Part shown: positions 25,698 to 34,734 of the stretch, piece after piece
Numbering within the stretch: the stretch's first letter is position 1
Layout of the letters: each line of letters begins with the position of its first letter
Program-made: the position numbers and the translations under genes
Assembly: GCA_963422375.2 (NCBI GenBank)
Contig: OY729428.2
Location: 2,432,001 to 2,496,000, forward strand
Reading direction: 5' to 3'
Origin: Bryobacterales bacterium
Lineage (GTDB): Bacteria; Acidobacteriota; Terriglobia; Bryobacterales; UBA6623
Length of the DNA: 64,000 bases
The notes under the pieces: model-generated
Database searches by the model: none
Told to the model about the DNA's origin: nothing
The model's input: the letters and a program-made list of their open reading frames with translations, nothing else

Positions 25698-28192
25698 ATG
25701 TCCTCCTCGTCCGGGCGCCCCTCCGGGCGCAGCTCGATGCCGTGCTTGCGGCAGGATTCCTCGGGGACGGACACGGCTCGCAGGCGCAGCTGGCCGAACC
25801 GAACGGGCGGGCCTTTGTAGGAAGCCCCGTCGAGCTGCAGCAGCAGGCGCCTGACCTGGACGCCGCGCAGGTCGCCGCGCCGCAGCAGGCGGGCCAGGCC
25901 GGGGTGGCCGGGGGCGACCTGCAGGGCGTCCCCTTCCGCGGACATGCGCACGCCGTGGTCGGCGGCCTCGCGGATCTTGTCCCGGTGCTCCGACAGGGCG
26001 AGGCTCAGCACGGGCAGCTCGGCGCCGCCGGAGCTGCGCACGGTGGAGGTGACGATCTCGCGCAGGGCCTCGCCGGCGTCGGCGGAGGCCCGCGGCTGCA
26101 TGACGGTCTCGAGATCGGGCGCGACCCACTCGTCGGTGCCGGACCACCACTGCCAGCCGGCGGTGAGAGCGCCGGCGATCGCGGACGGCCGCGAGCCGAA
26201 CGCGGTCGTGGCCATCTCGTCGGCGATCGCGCCGGCCTTCTCGGCGATCTCGCGCCCGTCGCGGACGACGGCCGCCAGCGCCGCCCGGCCCTTGCCGCCC
26301 GCGAGGGAACCCTCGATGCCCTGCCGCACGGCGGGCCAGTCGCTCACCCCCTGCTCGGCCAGGTAGGCGAACTCGAAGCGGCTCTGGTCGGCGGCCCGCA
26401 GCCGGGGGACGCGCGTCGAGCTCATCAGCAGGGAGAAGCGCGGTTGCATGACCTGCACCGAATCGGCCTGGTCGGCGCGGATGCGCTCGCCGTCGGCTCC
26501 CGCGGAGATGCGGGCGATGTCGAGAATCCCGGGCATCCACGAGCGGTCGGGCTCGGCCTCGTCCACGAGCACGGGCAGGGAGTCGGAGCGCATCCGCCGG
26601 GCCATCGCCGCGGGCGTGGGGTCGGCCACGCGCACGCACATGCCCCCGAGCACGCGCTGGGCGACTTCCTTGAGCAGCCAGCTCTTGCCGCTGTCCGCCG
26701 CGGCCGGGAGCCACAGGTGGGCGCGCCAGCGCAGGGCCCCGCCGACCGCCGAGGCCGCCAGCCAGCCGAGGAAGCGCTTGGCGTCCACTTCCTTGCGCCA
26801 GCGGTAGCGCAGGACCGCGTCGGCCACGCGCTTGCGGTCGTCGGGCGAGGCGGCGGCCCGCAGGTCGCAGTCGATGCGGGGCCCTGCCAGGTAGATCTCG
26901 GGCCCGCCCAGCTCGCCCAGGCCGCGCTCGCGGCCGTCGCAGAGCAGGCGATCGCCCAGGTGCCACACGTAGCGGCCTTCCTCGGTGCGCCCGAAGCCGC
27001 GCCCGAAGACCTTGCCGAAGTCCACCTGGCCCTTGCGGTCGGCGGCGCGGATCAGGGCCGAGCCGACGGGCTGGCACGCGCCGGGCGTGAGCGTGTTCGC
27101 GTGCAGCATGGCGGCCCACCACTGGTAGTCCGCCAGCGAGATGAGGCAGGCCGGGGAGAGCAGCTGCGAGCGCGCCACGTGCAGGACGCGATGGCTGGAC
27201 AGGCGCACCGCGATCGCGTCCCCGGCGTTGCCCAGGATCTCGAAATGCTCGTTGCGGTCGATGCCCGCGGGCGGCTCGGGCGGCGGCTCCTCGGCCGCCT
27301 TCCCGGCCGCCTTCCCGCGCGCGGGGGGCTGCCAGGGCGCGGCCAGCGACTTGAGCCAGGCGGCGGCCCGCGGCGGCCCGCCCGCCTCGATCTCGTCGGC
27401 GATGTCGCGCCCGTCCGAGCCCTCGGGCAGGACGGCGCGGATGTCGGGGCAGCCGAGCGAGCGCAGGCGCTCGGCGAGCTCGCCCATGCACTTGCGGCCG
27501 GGCTCGTCGGCGTCGGCCACGAGCGTGACCGGGCGGCCGCGCAGCGGCTCCCAGTCGGTCCTCTTCCAGGCCTTGGTGCCTCCGGCCCAGGCGACGACCG
27601 CCACGCGGGGGAAGGCGCCCGCCACCGCGTCGGCGCATTTCTCGCCCTCGACGACCATCACGCGGCGCTGGGGCGGGGCCGCGGCCAGCTCGCGCAAGCG
27701 GTACAGGGGCCGCTTCTCGCTGACCGCGAGCTGCCGCAGCCAGCCGTCGCGCCCGTCGGAATCGCGCTTGCCGGGCGAGAACGGCAGGCACTTGGGGCGC
27801 TTGCCGCCCGGGGCGAAGCGGCAGATCACGAAGGCCGGGCGGGCGGCGCCCGGAACCCAGTACTCGTGCCGGGCCGCGGCGTCCCGCGGCAGCTCCGAGA
27901 CCCAGCCCGGCCGTGACGGCTCGGGGCCGGCCGCGGGTCCCGGCGGGGCCTCCCGGTCGGGCTTGAGCCGTTGCAGGGCCTCGCGCTTCGAAAGGCCGCG
28001 GCGCCGCTCGAGCCACGTCACGGCGTCGCCCTTCGCGCCGCAGCCGTGGCACTGGTAGAGCCCCTTGTCGACATTCACCGACAGGCTCGGCGTCTTGTCC
28101 TCGTGGAAGGGGCAGAGGGCGGACCGCTGCGACCCGCCGCCGCGCAGGCGCACTCCGTCCTCCGCCATCAGGGCGGACAGGGTCGCCGTCAC
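25694..28192 (-). CDS. DNA primase-helicase (CHC2 zinc finger + Toprim + P-loop)
   Basis: CPFHEDKTPS...CHGC, VVEGEKCAD, ADADEPG, ADSGKS, LVDEAE; GTG start overlapping the upstream stop. Confidence 0.9.
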   Translation of the reverse strand: MTATLSALMAEDGVRLRGGGSQRSALCPFHEDKTPSLSVNVDKGLYQCHGCGAKGDAVTWLERRRGLSKREALQRLKPDREAPPGPAAGPEPSRPGWVSELPRDAAARHEYWVPGAARPAFVICRFAPGGKRPKCLPFSPGKRDSDGRDGWLRQLAVSEKRPLYRLRELAAAPPQRRVMVVEGEKCADAVAGAFPRVAVVAWAGGTKAWKRTDWEPLRGRPVTLVADADEPGRKCMGELAERLRSLGCPDIRAVLPEGSDGRDIADEIEAGGPPRAAAWLKSLAAPWQPPARGKAAGKAAEEPPPEPPAGIDRNEHFEILGNAGDAIAVRLSSHRVLHVARSQLLSPACLISLADYQWWAAMLHANTLTPGACQPVGSALIRAADRKGQVDFGKVFGRGFGRTEEGRYVWHLGDRLLCDGRERGLGELGGPEIYLAGPRIDCDLRAAASPDDRKRVADAVLRYRWRKEVDAKRFLGWLAASAVGGALRWRAHLWLPAAADSGKSWLLKEVAQRVLGGMCVRVADPTPAAMARRMRSDSLPVLVDEAEPDRSWMPGILDIARISAGADGERIRADQADSVQVMQPRFSLLMSSTRVPRLRAADQSRFEFAYLAEQGVSDWPAVRQGIEGSLAGGKGRAALAAVVRDGREIAEKAGAIADEMATTAFGSRPSAIAGALTAGWQWWSGTDEWVAPDLETVMQPRASADAGEALREIVTSTVRSSGGAELPVLSLALSEHRDKIREAADHGVRMSAEGDALQVAPGHPGLARLLRRGDLRGVQVRRLLLQLDGASYKGPPVRFGQLRLRAVSVPEESCRKHGIELRPEGRPDEEDI

Positions 28193-29622
28193 CGGACGCC
28201 GATCGCCTCCGCCATGCGATAGGCCCAGGCGTCCTTGTAGCCCCGCTCCGCGGCGATCCCCAGCAGCCCTTCCAGCGGGTCGGCCAAGGGATGCTCGGGG
28301 TTGCGCGCGTCGGCCATGACCCGGGCGATCTCCTCGCGCAGGCGGGCGCGGCTGGCGCGCCGGCGGCGGGACGGCGCCTGCCCGGGCCGCGCCTCGCGCA
28401 GTTCGGTTTCGACCTCGATGGGCCGGGCGGGCACGCACGCCTCGCCGCAGGACGGGCAGGCGTCCAGCCGGGACGCGAAGACGCAGGCGCAGGACGGGCA
28501 GCATTTCTGCCTGCGGCCCGCGCTCGCGCGCCCGCCGTCGGTCTCGCCCTGGGCCTTGCCGGCCAGGTCCCACGAGCGCTTCTCGTCGGGCAGGCCGAGC
28601 CGCTGCACGTTGCCCGCGAGGTCCAGCAGCAGGGCGGTCTTGCCCTCGCGGTAGCGCATGGCCCGGCCGGCCTGCTGCAGGTACAGCGTGACGGACTGGG
28701 TGGGGCGTCCCATCAGCACCGCGTCGCAGGCCGGGCAGTCGAAGCCCTCGGAGATCAGGTCGACGTTGCAGACGACCCGCACCGAGCCCTCGGCCAGCTC
28801 GGCCATCGCGCGGTCCCGCCGGCGGGGATCGGTGCGGGCGTCGACGTGCTCGGCGCGCACCCCCGCGGCCGCGAGCGCGGCGGCGACCGAGCGCGAGTGC
28901 GGCACGTTGACGCCGAAGAACACGGCGCGCAGCCCCGCGGCGTAGGCGCGGTAGGCCGCGGCGGCGTCGGCCACCACCTTGGCCGTCACCTTCTCTCCCA
29001 GCTGCTTGCGGCTGTAGTCGCCGGCGGTCTTGCGCACGCCCTCGGCGGACATGCCGGCGTGCGGGTTGTAGTACACGCGCATGGGCGCCAGGCGCTTGAG
29101 CGCGACGAGCTCGGCGATGCTGGGCCCCTGCACCAGGCGGTCGAAGTGATCCCCGAGGGGCTTGCCGTCGAGCCGTCCGGGCGTGGCGGTGAGCCCCAGC
29201 ACGCGCGAGTCCGGATAGCGCGCCATGACCTTCTCCCAGGTGCGGGCCTTGGCGTGGTGGGCCTCGTCCACGATCACGAAGTCGGGCTTGTGCGCGGGGC
29301 GCGCGGCGCGGCGGGCGAGGGACTGGACCGAGGCGACCTGGAAGCGCGCCCACGGCGTCTCGGCCCGGCCGGCGGCGATCACGCCGAACTCGCCCGCCAG
29401 GCCGGCCTTGCCGAGCGTGTCGCAGAACTGGCGGACCAGCTCGCGCCGGTGGACCAGCACCAGCGCCCGCCTGCCGTTGCGCGCCAGGCCGCTGGCGATA
29501 TGCCCCGCGACCACGGTCTTGCCGCCGCCCGTGGGCAGCTGGTAGACCACCGAGCGCGTGCCGGAGGCGAAGGCCTGGCGCAGGCGGTGCACGTCCCGCC
29601 GCTGGTAGTCGTAGAGTTCCAC
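28189..29622 (-). CDS. SF2 DEAH-box helicase
   Basis: PTGGGKT, DEAHH, TATP, QQAGRAMR, C-terminal CxxC pairs. Confidence 0.92.
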   Translation of the reverse strand: MELYDYQRRDVHRLRQAFASGTRSVVYQLPTGGGKTVVAGHIASGLARNGRRALVLVHRRELVRQFCDTLGKAGLAGEFGVIAAGRAETPWARFQVASVQSLARRAARPAHKPDFVIVDEAHHAKARTWEKVMARYPDSRVLGLTATPGRLDGKPLGDHFDRLVQGPSIAELVALKRLAPMRVYYNPHAGMSAEGVRKTAGDYSRKQLGEKVTAKVVADAAAAYRAYAAGLRAVFFGVNVPHSRSVAAALAAAGVRAEHVDARTDPRRRDRAMAELAEGSVRVVCNVDLISEGFDCPACDAVLMGRPTQSVTLYLQQAGRAMRYREGKTALLLDLAGNVQRLGLPDEKRSWDLAGKAQGETDGGRASAGRRQKCCPSCACVFASRLDACPSCGEACVPARPIEVETELREARPGQAPSRRRRASRARLREEIARVMADARNPEHPLADPLEGLLGIAAERGYKDAWAYRMAEAIGVR

Positions 29623-29640
29623 CCTCCGGACCCCCTCCCT

Positions 29641-31383
29641 CTAGCCCCCCGCCGTGACGGCGGCCCAGTGCTCGGGGAAGAGGCCCTGCTCGCCCGTGGC
29701 GCAGACGACAGTGCCGAGGCCGCGGGTCTCGGAGAGGAAGTCGCACAGCCCGAACAGCTGCAGCCGTCCTGTCTCGTCGAGCACGTCGGCGCCGTCGAGG
29801 ATCGCGATGCCGTCGCCCAGGGTCAGGGCGACGGCGAGGATCAGGGACGCCTGGGCGCGCCACTGCTCCGACGTGGAGCACAGCTGCGTCGCGCGGCCGT
29901 CGAAGGAGGCCGCGTAGGTCGCGTCCAGCCGGGTTGGCGGCCAGCCGGCGCGGTCGCGCACCGCCTTCAGGTTGGCGGCCAGCTTGCCGAGCCCCTCTTT
30001 CATGGCCCGGGCGCGGATGCCGCGGGGCCCGAGGGTGTCGGCGACGTGAGCGTAGGCGTCCACCGAGCGGCGGGCGTCGGCGGCGTCGGCGGCCTGCGCC
30101 ACGAGCTCCTTGTCGCGGATGCGGTCCTGCACCCGCTGCTCGGCCGCGGCGGCCCGCTCGTCGTCGCCCTCGCCCCGCACGGGCGAGCGGGCCTCGCGGG
30201 CGGTGAGTTCGACGGAGCGGATCTCGGCCGCCAGCTCGGCCCGCTCGACCTTGATGCCCTCCGCCGTGCCCGCCACGGGGCGCAAGCGCCCCTGCACGGT
30301 CACGGCCTTGGCCCGCAGCGCGTGCAGCTGGTCGTCCATGCCCTTGAGGCGGGCCTCCCAGCGCGACTCGCGCCGGGCGAAGTCCCTGTCCGTCTCGGCC
30401 TTGAGCAGGGTGCGCCGGGCGCTGTCCCAGACGACCCGCTGCCCGCAGTGGGGGCAGCTGCGGCCGTCGTCGCGGCGGGGCCTGTCGGCGTCGTGCAGGT
30501 CGCGCCGGGAGCGCAGCTGCTTGCCCTCCGACCGCACGCCTTCGAGCTCCTTGCGGATCGCCCGCTCGGCTCGCTCGGCCTTGCGCAGGCGCTCGTCGAC
30601 CGGCCCGAGCCGCTCCTGCAGGGCGGGCAGCCGCTCGGCCGCGGCGCGGGCGGCCGCGGCCTGGGAGGCGCTGACGGCCCGGGCGACGTGGATGGCCTGC
30701 TGCGCCTCGCGGGCGTCCTGCAGGGCCTGCTCGGCCTCCAGGCGGGTCACGCCGTCCAGCTCCGCGCGCCAGCCGACGGGCTTCCAGGCGGGCGCCTTGC
30801 GCTTGCCGTAGGGCTCGCCCGCGATGGCGGCCCACACGCGCTTGGCCTCGACGGCCTTGCGCTTGTAGACGCCCTCGACGGCTTCCCAGCCCTGCTCGCG
30901 CAGGGTCTCCATGACGTCGTCGACCATGCGCGGGTTGGGCAGGGTCTCGCGCAGGGACTCGGCCATGAGATCCTGCAGCGTTTCCGGGGCGGGCAGGAAG
31001 ATCGCCTCCCAGTTCTCCGTGCGGGTCCGGGGCGTCTGCCGGCCGACGAAGTCGACCAGCCCCACGCTCGCGGCCGCGGCCTGGGCGGGGGCCTGCGCGG
31101 TGACGCGCAGGCCCTTCTCGGCCAGGATCCACTGGATGACCGGCTCGGGCCCCTCGTGCAGGGCCGCCTCGCCGTAGTCGGCTCCCTCGCGCATGTAGGA
31201 CTTGGTGACTCCCAGGCGCAAGGGGTTGGGGTCGCGGGCCAGCAGGGCCGCGAGGGCGGCCGCGATGGACGACTTGCCCGCCGCGTTGGGCCCGATGATC
31301 CCGATGGGCTTCGAGCCCGGCAGCGCGATGTCCGCGGAGGACACGCCGAGCACGTTGTTGACGGTCAGTCGCATCAGTCGCAT
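29641..31383 (-). CDS. Rad50/SbcC-like coiled-coil ATPase
   Basis: GPNAAGKSS Walker A, central CPHCG hook, C-terminal CSTSE and ILDGAD. Confidence 0.8.
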   Translation of the reverse strand: MRLMRLTVNNVLGVSSADIALPGSKPIGIIGPNAAGKSSIAAALAALLARDPNPLRLGVTKSYMREGADYGEAALHEGPEPVIQWILAEKGLRVTAQAPAQAAAASVGLVDFVGRQTPRTRTENWEAIFLPAPETLQDLMAESLRETLPNPRMVDDVMETLREQGWEAVEGVYKRKAVEAKRVWAAIAGEPYGKRKAPAWKPVGWRAELDGVTRLEAEQALQDAREAQQAIHVARAVSASQAAAARAAAERLPALQERLGPVDERLRKAERAERAIRKELEGVRSEGKQLRSRRDLHDADRPRRDDGRSCPHCGQRVVWDSARRTLLKAETDRDFARRESRWEARLKGMDDQLHALRAKAVTVQGRLRPVAGTAEGIKVERAELAAEIRSVELTAREARSPVRGEGDDERAAAAEQRVQDRIRDKELVAQAADAADARRSVDAYAHVADTLGPRGIRARAMKEGLGKLAANLKAVRDRAGWPPTRLDATYAASFDGRATQLCSTSEQWRAQASLILAVALTLGDGIAILDGADVLDETGRLQLFGLCDFLSETRGLGTVVCATGEQGLFPEHWAAVTAGG

Positions 31384-32375
31384 CAGAACCCGGCCTCCTC
31401 CATGAGCTGCTGGGCGTCCTCGGGGGCCGGGGGCTCCTCGCCCTGCCACGGCTGGCCGTCGCCGTAGGCGCGGGGCTCGGCCCGGGCGGCTTGCTGCGGC
31501 TGGGGGTCCGCGGCCTGCGGCGCGGGCGCGGCCGGAGGCTGGGTCTGGACCTGCCCGGCCTGCGGCGCGGGCTGCTGCTGCACCGTCGGCTGCTGCTGGA
31601 CGGGAGCCGGCTGAGTCTGGACGGGAGCGCCGCCTTCCGCCGCGGCGGGATCGTCTTCGGCGCCGAGCTCCTCGGGGGGCTCGAAGTCCTCCATGAAGCT
31701 GCGACGCATGCCGCGGACGGGCAGGCGCTTGAGTAGCAGCCGGAGGACGGCTTTCTCGGCCATTTCGCCGAAGTGGTGGGCCCAGGGCCCGTGCGCTCCG
31801 GACGGCGACATGGCCCGCCGCCGCTCGATTTCGGGGCGGAACAGGACTTCGACCTCGGGCGGAGGTCCGGGCATCCCCGCGGCAGGCGGCACGTGCGCCA
31901 CGGCGTAGACGGCGATGATCTTCTCGGGCGAGCGATCGGCGGAGGGGCTCGGCACGTGCCGCAGCTCCAAATCTATGCCGTCGACGTATTCGAATACGTC
32001 GCCGTCGTAGACGCACTTGGCGTTGATCGACAGCCCGGGTAGGGCTGCCCGGGCGATGTCGAGCAGGCCGCCGATCATGATGTCGAGGCGGGCCTTCAGA
32101 ACCCCCCCCCTCTGCCGGTAGGGCACGATCACGGCGGAAGCGCCGTCGGGCATCACGCCGCGCTCGGCGCAGGCGAGCAGCGACTGGCGCAGCGACGTCG
32201 GGTCGCACGAGGCGATGCCCGGGTTGGAGAGCAGGGCGTTCAGCGCGATCCGCGCGAACGCCTTCTCGGAGATGCCGACGCGCTCGAGCAAGGGCTCGGC
32301 GTCCTTGGCGGCTGTGTCGACGACCCTCTTGGCGAGGGCCATCGACTGCCTGGTCTGGCTCTTGTGTTGTGTCAT
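31383..32375 (-). CDS. RecT-family ssDNA annealing protein
   Basis: CDPTSLRQSLLACAERG, VYDGDVFEY, PWAHHFGEMAEKAVLR. Confidence 0.85.
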   Translation of the reverse strand: MTQHKSQTRQSMALAKRVVDTAAKDAEPLLERVGISEKAFARIALNALLSNPGIASCDPTSLRQSLLACAERGVMPDGASAVIVPYRQRGGVLKARLDIMIGGLLDIARAALPGLSINAKCVYDGDVFEYVDGIDLELRHVPSPSADRSPEKIIAVYAVAHVPPAAGMPGPPPEVEVLFRPEIERRRAMSPSGAHGPWAHHFGEMAEKAVLRLLLKRLPVRGMRRSFMEDFEPPEELGAEDDPAAAEGGAPVQTQPAPVQQQPTVQQQPAPQAGQVQTQPPAAPAPQAADPQPQQAARAEPRAYGDGQPWQGEEPPAPEDAQQLMEEAGF

Positions 32376-32393
32376 TCCTCTCGGACGCCGCTT

Positions 32394-33143
32394 CTACGGC
32401 CCGGCGTCTCCTGGCCGATCGGATCGCGACGGGGAGGCGCACCCGCAGGCCGGCACCGGGCAGCTCTGGCAGTGAGGCCCGGGGCTCGGCAGGGGTTCCG
32501 CCCGCCGCGAGAGAACGTCCGCGACCCGCGAGACGCGGGCGGCGGCATCGGCGACCGCGGGCGGGGCCGGGCGGATCTCCACCGCGGCCGGGCCGCCCTT
32601 CGGCCCGCGCGGGCGGCGGGCCACGATCAGGCTCTCGACGGGATCGCCGTCGAACAGGCCCGCCCGCTCGATCGCGAGAGCGTAGGCCCCGAGCTGCACC
32701 AGGGCGTGGTCCGCCCGGCGGCCGGTCTTGTAGTCGAGCAGGGCCAGGGGCCCCCGGCCGGGCCGCTCGGGCGTCTCCGGCAGGCGCAGGGCCAGGTCCG
32801 CCCGCCCGTCGAGCACGGCTCCGTCCAGCGGCGACCGCACGGCCACCTCGCACGCCAGGGGTGTCATGCACAGCGGCGCGACGGCCTCGCGCAGGTCGAA
32901 GGCGATGGCCCGGGCCTGCGCCCGCGCCATCCGCGGGCTGGTCGTCAGGTGGTCGTAGGTGGCCGGCTCGGGCAGCGGGGGCGGCTCCTGGCCGGCCATC
33001 AGGGCGTGGACGGCGGTGCCGACCCAGCCGGCGATGTGCTCGGGCCCGCGGGGCCGGGGGCGGGAGAACTCGAAGTCCGCCCGGCGCTCGCAGCGGCACC
33101 ATGCGCCGAGCGAGGAGGGGTGGACCCGGAGCTCCCCGGTCAC
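32394..33143 (-). CDS. PD-(D/E)XK exonuclease (RecB/Cas4-like)
   Basis: GTAVHA, GRADL, LDYKTG, QLGAY, C-terminal CxxC. Confidence 0.85.
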   Translation of the reverse strand: MTGELRVHPSSLGAWCRCERRADFEFSRPRPRGPEHIAGWVGTAVHALMAGQEPPPLPEPATYDHLTTSPRMARAQARAIAFDLREAVAPLCMTPLACEVAVRSPLDGAVLDGRADLALRLPETPERPGRGPLALLDYKTGRRADHALVQLGAYALAIERAGLFDGDPVESLIVARRPRGPKGGPAAVEIRPAPPAVADAAARVSRVADVLSRRAEPLPSPGPHCQSCPVPACGCASPSRSDRPGDAGP

Positions 33144-33292
33144 GGGCGCTCCTCGCGGGCGGAGGGCCCGTGGACAGATCCTGGACAGATCCGGGCGCTG
33201 CGGGGCCGGATGAATCCGGCAAGGGTCCGGCCCGCCGCCAAGGCGGCCGTGGCGGATCTATTGCCTTCTAGGCAGTTGGGTCGAGCCGGGAG

Positions 33293-33369
33293 TGGTCGGG
33301 GCGCCGAGATTTGAACTCGGGACCTCTTGCTCCCGAAGCAAGCGCGCTACCAGGCTGCGCCACGCCCCG
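33293..33369 (-). tRNA. tRNA-Pro (anticodon CGG)
   Basis: CGGGGCGTGGCGCAGCCTGGTAGCGCGCTTGCTTCGGGAGCAAGAGGTCCCGAGTTCAAATCTCGGCGCCCCGACCA; cloverleaf, TTC loop, CCA end. Confidence 0.97.
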
Positions 33370-33442
33370 CCCCGACTCTCGGTCTAGACCATTTGACCCG
33401 CTCCGGAGACCATCGCCCCCGCCCTTGGCGCGCGCACAGCGG

Positions 33443-33760
33443 CTAGGCCTCGGTCGCCGAACCGTCGCCGCGTTTCGGAGCAAGATCCGCAATGATCTTC
33501 TTGCCCAGATCCACCGCCTCTTTGCCGGCGTCACGGGCTTCCGTCGCGAAGCTCTTGCCTTGGTCGAGTACCTCGCGACCGAATTCCGCCACGTCCCGTC
33601 CCTTGCGTCCAGCGAAGTCCTTGCCCCGGGATGCCGCATCGGCGAGGGAATCTCGGGCTTCCCTGCCCGACTTCGGCGCGAAGAGGATCGCCGTCACGGC
33701 ACCGACCGTTATGCCCGCGAGGAACCATGCGATGTTTCCGGAATCCTTGCCTTTTGCCAT
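33443..33760 (-). CDS. YtxH-domain protein
   Basis: FLAGITVGAVTAILFAPKSGREAR. Confidence 0.85.
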   Translation of the reverse strand: MAKGKDSGNIAWFLAGITVGAVTAILFAPKSGREARDSLADAASRGKDFAGRKGRDVAEFGREVLDQGKSFATEARDAGKEAVDLGKKIIADLAPKRGDGSATEA

Positions 33761-33828
33761 GCCTGCCTCCCACTTACATTATACGACTGCGAATCGGAGA
33801 GCTATCCGCGCGCCCTTGGTCACGTCGC

Positions 33829-34734
33829 TTACCACAGCCGCTGCCGCGCGTTCTCGGCCGCTCCGGTCAGCCCGGCCGCGTCGCCCAGCTCCGACACCTC
33901 GACTCGGAACGCATCGCGCGACGTCGGAGGAAGCATGGCTCGCGCGGACTTCAGCAGAGCGTCCTCGAACAACGCCAGCCTCCGGCTGACCGAACCGCCG
34001 AGCACGACGACCGACGGGTCGAGGACGCAGCAAATGGTCGCGACCGCGGTGCCCACGAGCCGCCCGTAGGCCTGCCAAGCGCGAGTGGCGTCGACATCTC
34101 CCGCCTCGGCGAGGTCGCCGATGTCCCTAGCCGTCAGGTTCCTGTCCGAGCCGGTGCCCTTGGCGCGCCGATACTGGCGCTCGACGCCCGGCCCCGAGCA
34201 GGCGTGATCGAAGTCGGACTCGCCTACCCGGCAATAGGCCACCTCGCCGGCGTTGCTGGTCGCGCCCGAGAAGATTCTCTTGCCTATCGAGATGCCGCAG
34301 CCGAAGCCGGTCCCGAGAGTGATGCCGAGCACGATCTCCTTGGACCGCCCAGCCCCGTGGATCGCCTCTCCGAGCGCGAAGCACGCTGCATCGTTCTCAA
34401 GGTGCAGTGGGGCCCCGAGCTCGTGGAGGCTGAACTTGCCGATGTTGAACCCCACCAGGTTCGGCAGCGAGTCCCGGTCGTGCAGGACGTTGTTCTCCGT
34501 GTCGAGCGGGCCCGAACTGCCCATGCCGACCACCAGCGGGTTTCCCTGCACGCCCGCCTCGAGCTTGGCCTGCTTCACGACCCGCTTCATGTTGGTCAGC
34601 GTTACCGCCGGCTGCATGCGCGCCATCGTCGGCAGGCGGGCAACCTTTCCCAGGCGATTGCCGCTCAGGTCAAAGGCGGCGGCCGCGATCTTCGTTCCCC
34701 CTAAGTCAATCCCTATCAGGAAGTTATCAGCCAT
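33829..34734 (-). CDS. ROK family sugar kinase
   Basis: IGIDLGGTKI, LENDAACFALGE, TLGTGFGCG, AGEV. Confidence 0.9.
   Translation of the reverse strand: MADNFLIGIDLGGTKIAAAAFDLSGNRLGKVARLPTMARMQPAVTLTNMKRVVKQAKLEAGVQGNPLVVGMGSSGPLDTENNVLHDRDSLPNLVGFNIGKFSLHELGAPLHLENDAACFALGEAIHGAGRSKEIVLGITLGTGFGCGISIGKRIFSGATSNAGEVAYCRVGESDFDHACSGPGVERQYRRAKGTGSDRNLTARDIGDLAEAGDVDATRAWQAYGRLVGTAVATICCVLDPSVVVLGGSVSRRLALFEDALLKSARAMLPPTSRDAFRVEVSELGDAAGLTGAAENARQRLW

Larger units (their letters stand above)
1..33270. mobile_element. Prophage (podovirus-like, P22-type packaging module); left end lies outside the window
   Basis: Contiguous phage-type genes (terminase, portal, SLT endolysin, RecT, primase-helicase, VRR-NUC) ending next to the 3' end of a tRNA-Pro; host genes resume beyond the tRNA. 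Confidence 0.9.

Noticed and set aside
32394..33143. Cas4 as part of a CRISPR-Cas locus
   Set aside because: Sits beside RecT in a phage recombination module; no cas1/cas2 or array
25694..33222. Giant ORFs of 1812, 1193, 1058 and 1020 aa
   Set aside because: Upstream extensions are alternative frames of neighbouring genes; real starts are coupled at 28192, 31383 and 25697, and the 1058-aa ORF is antisense
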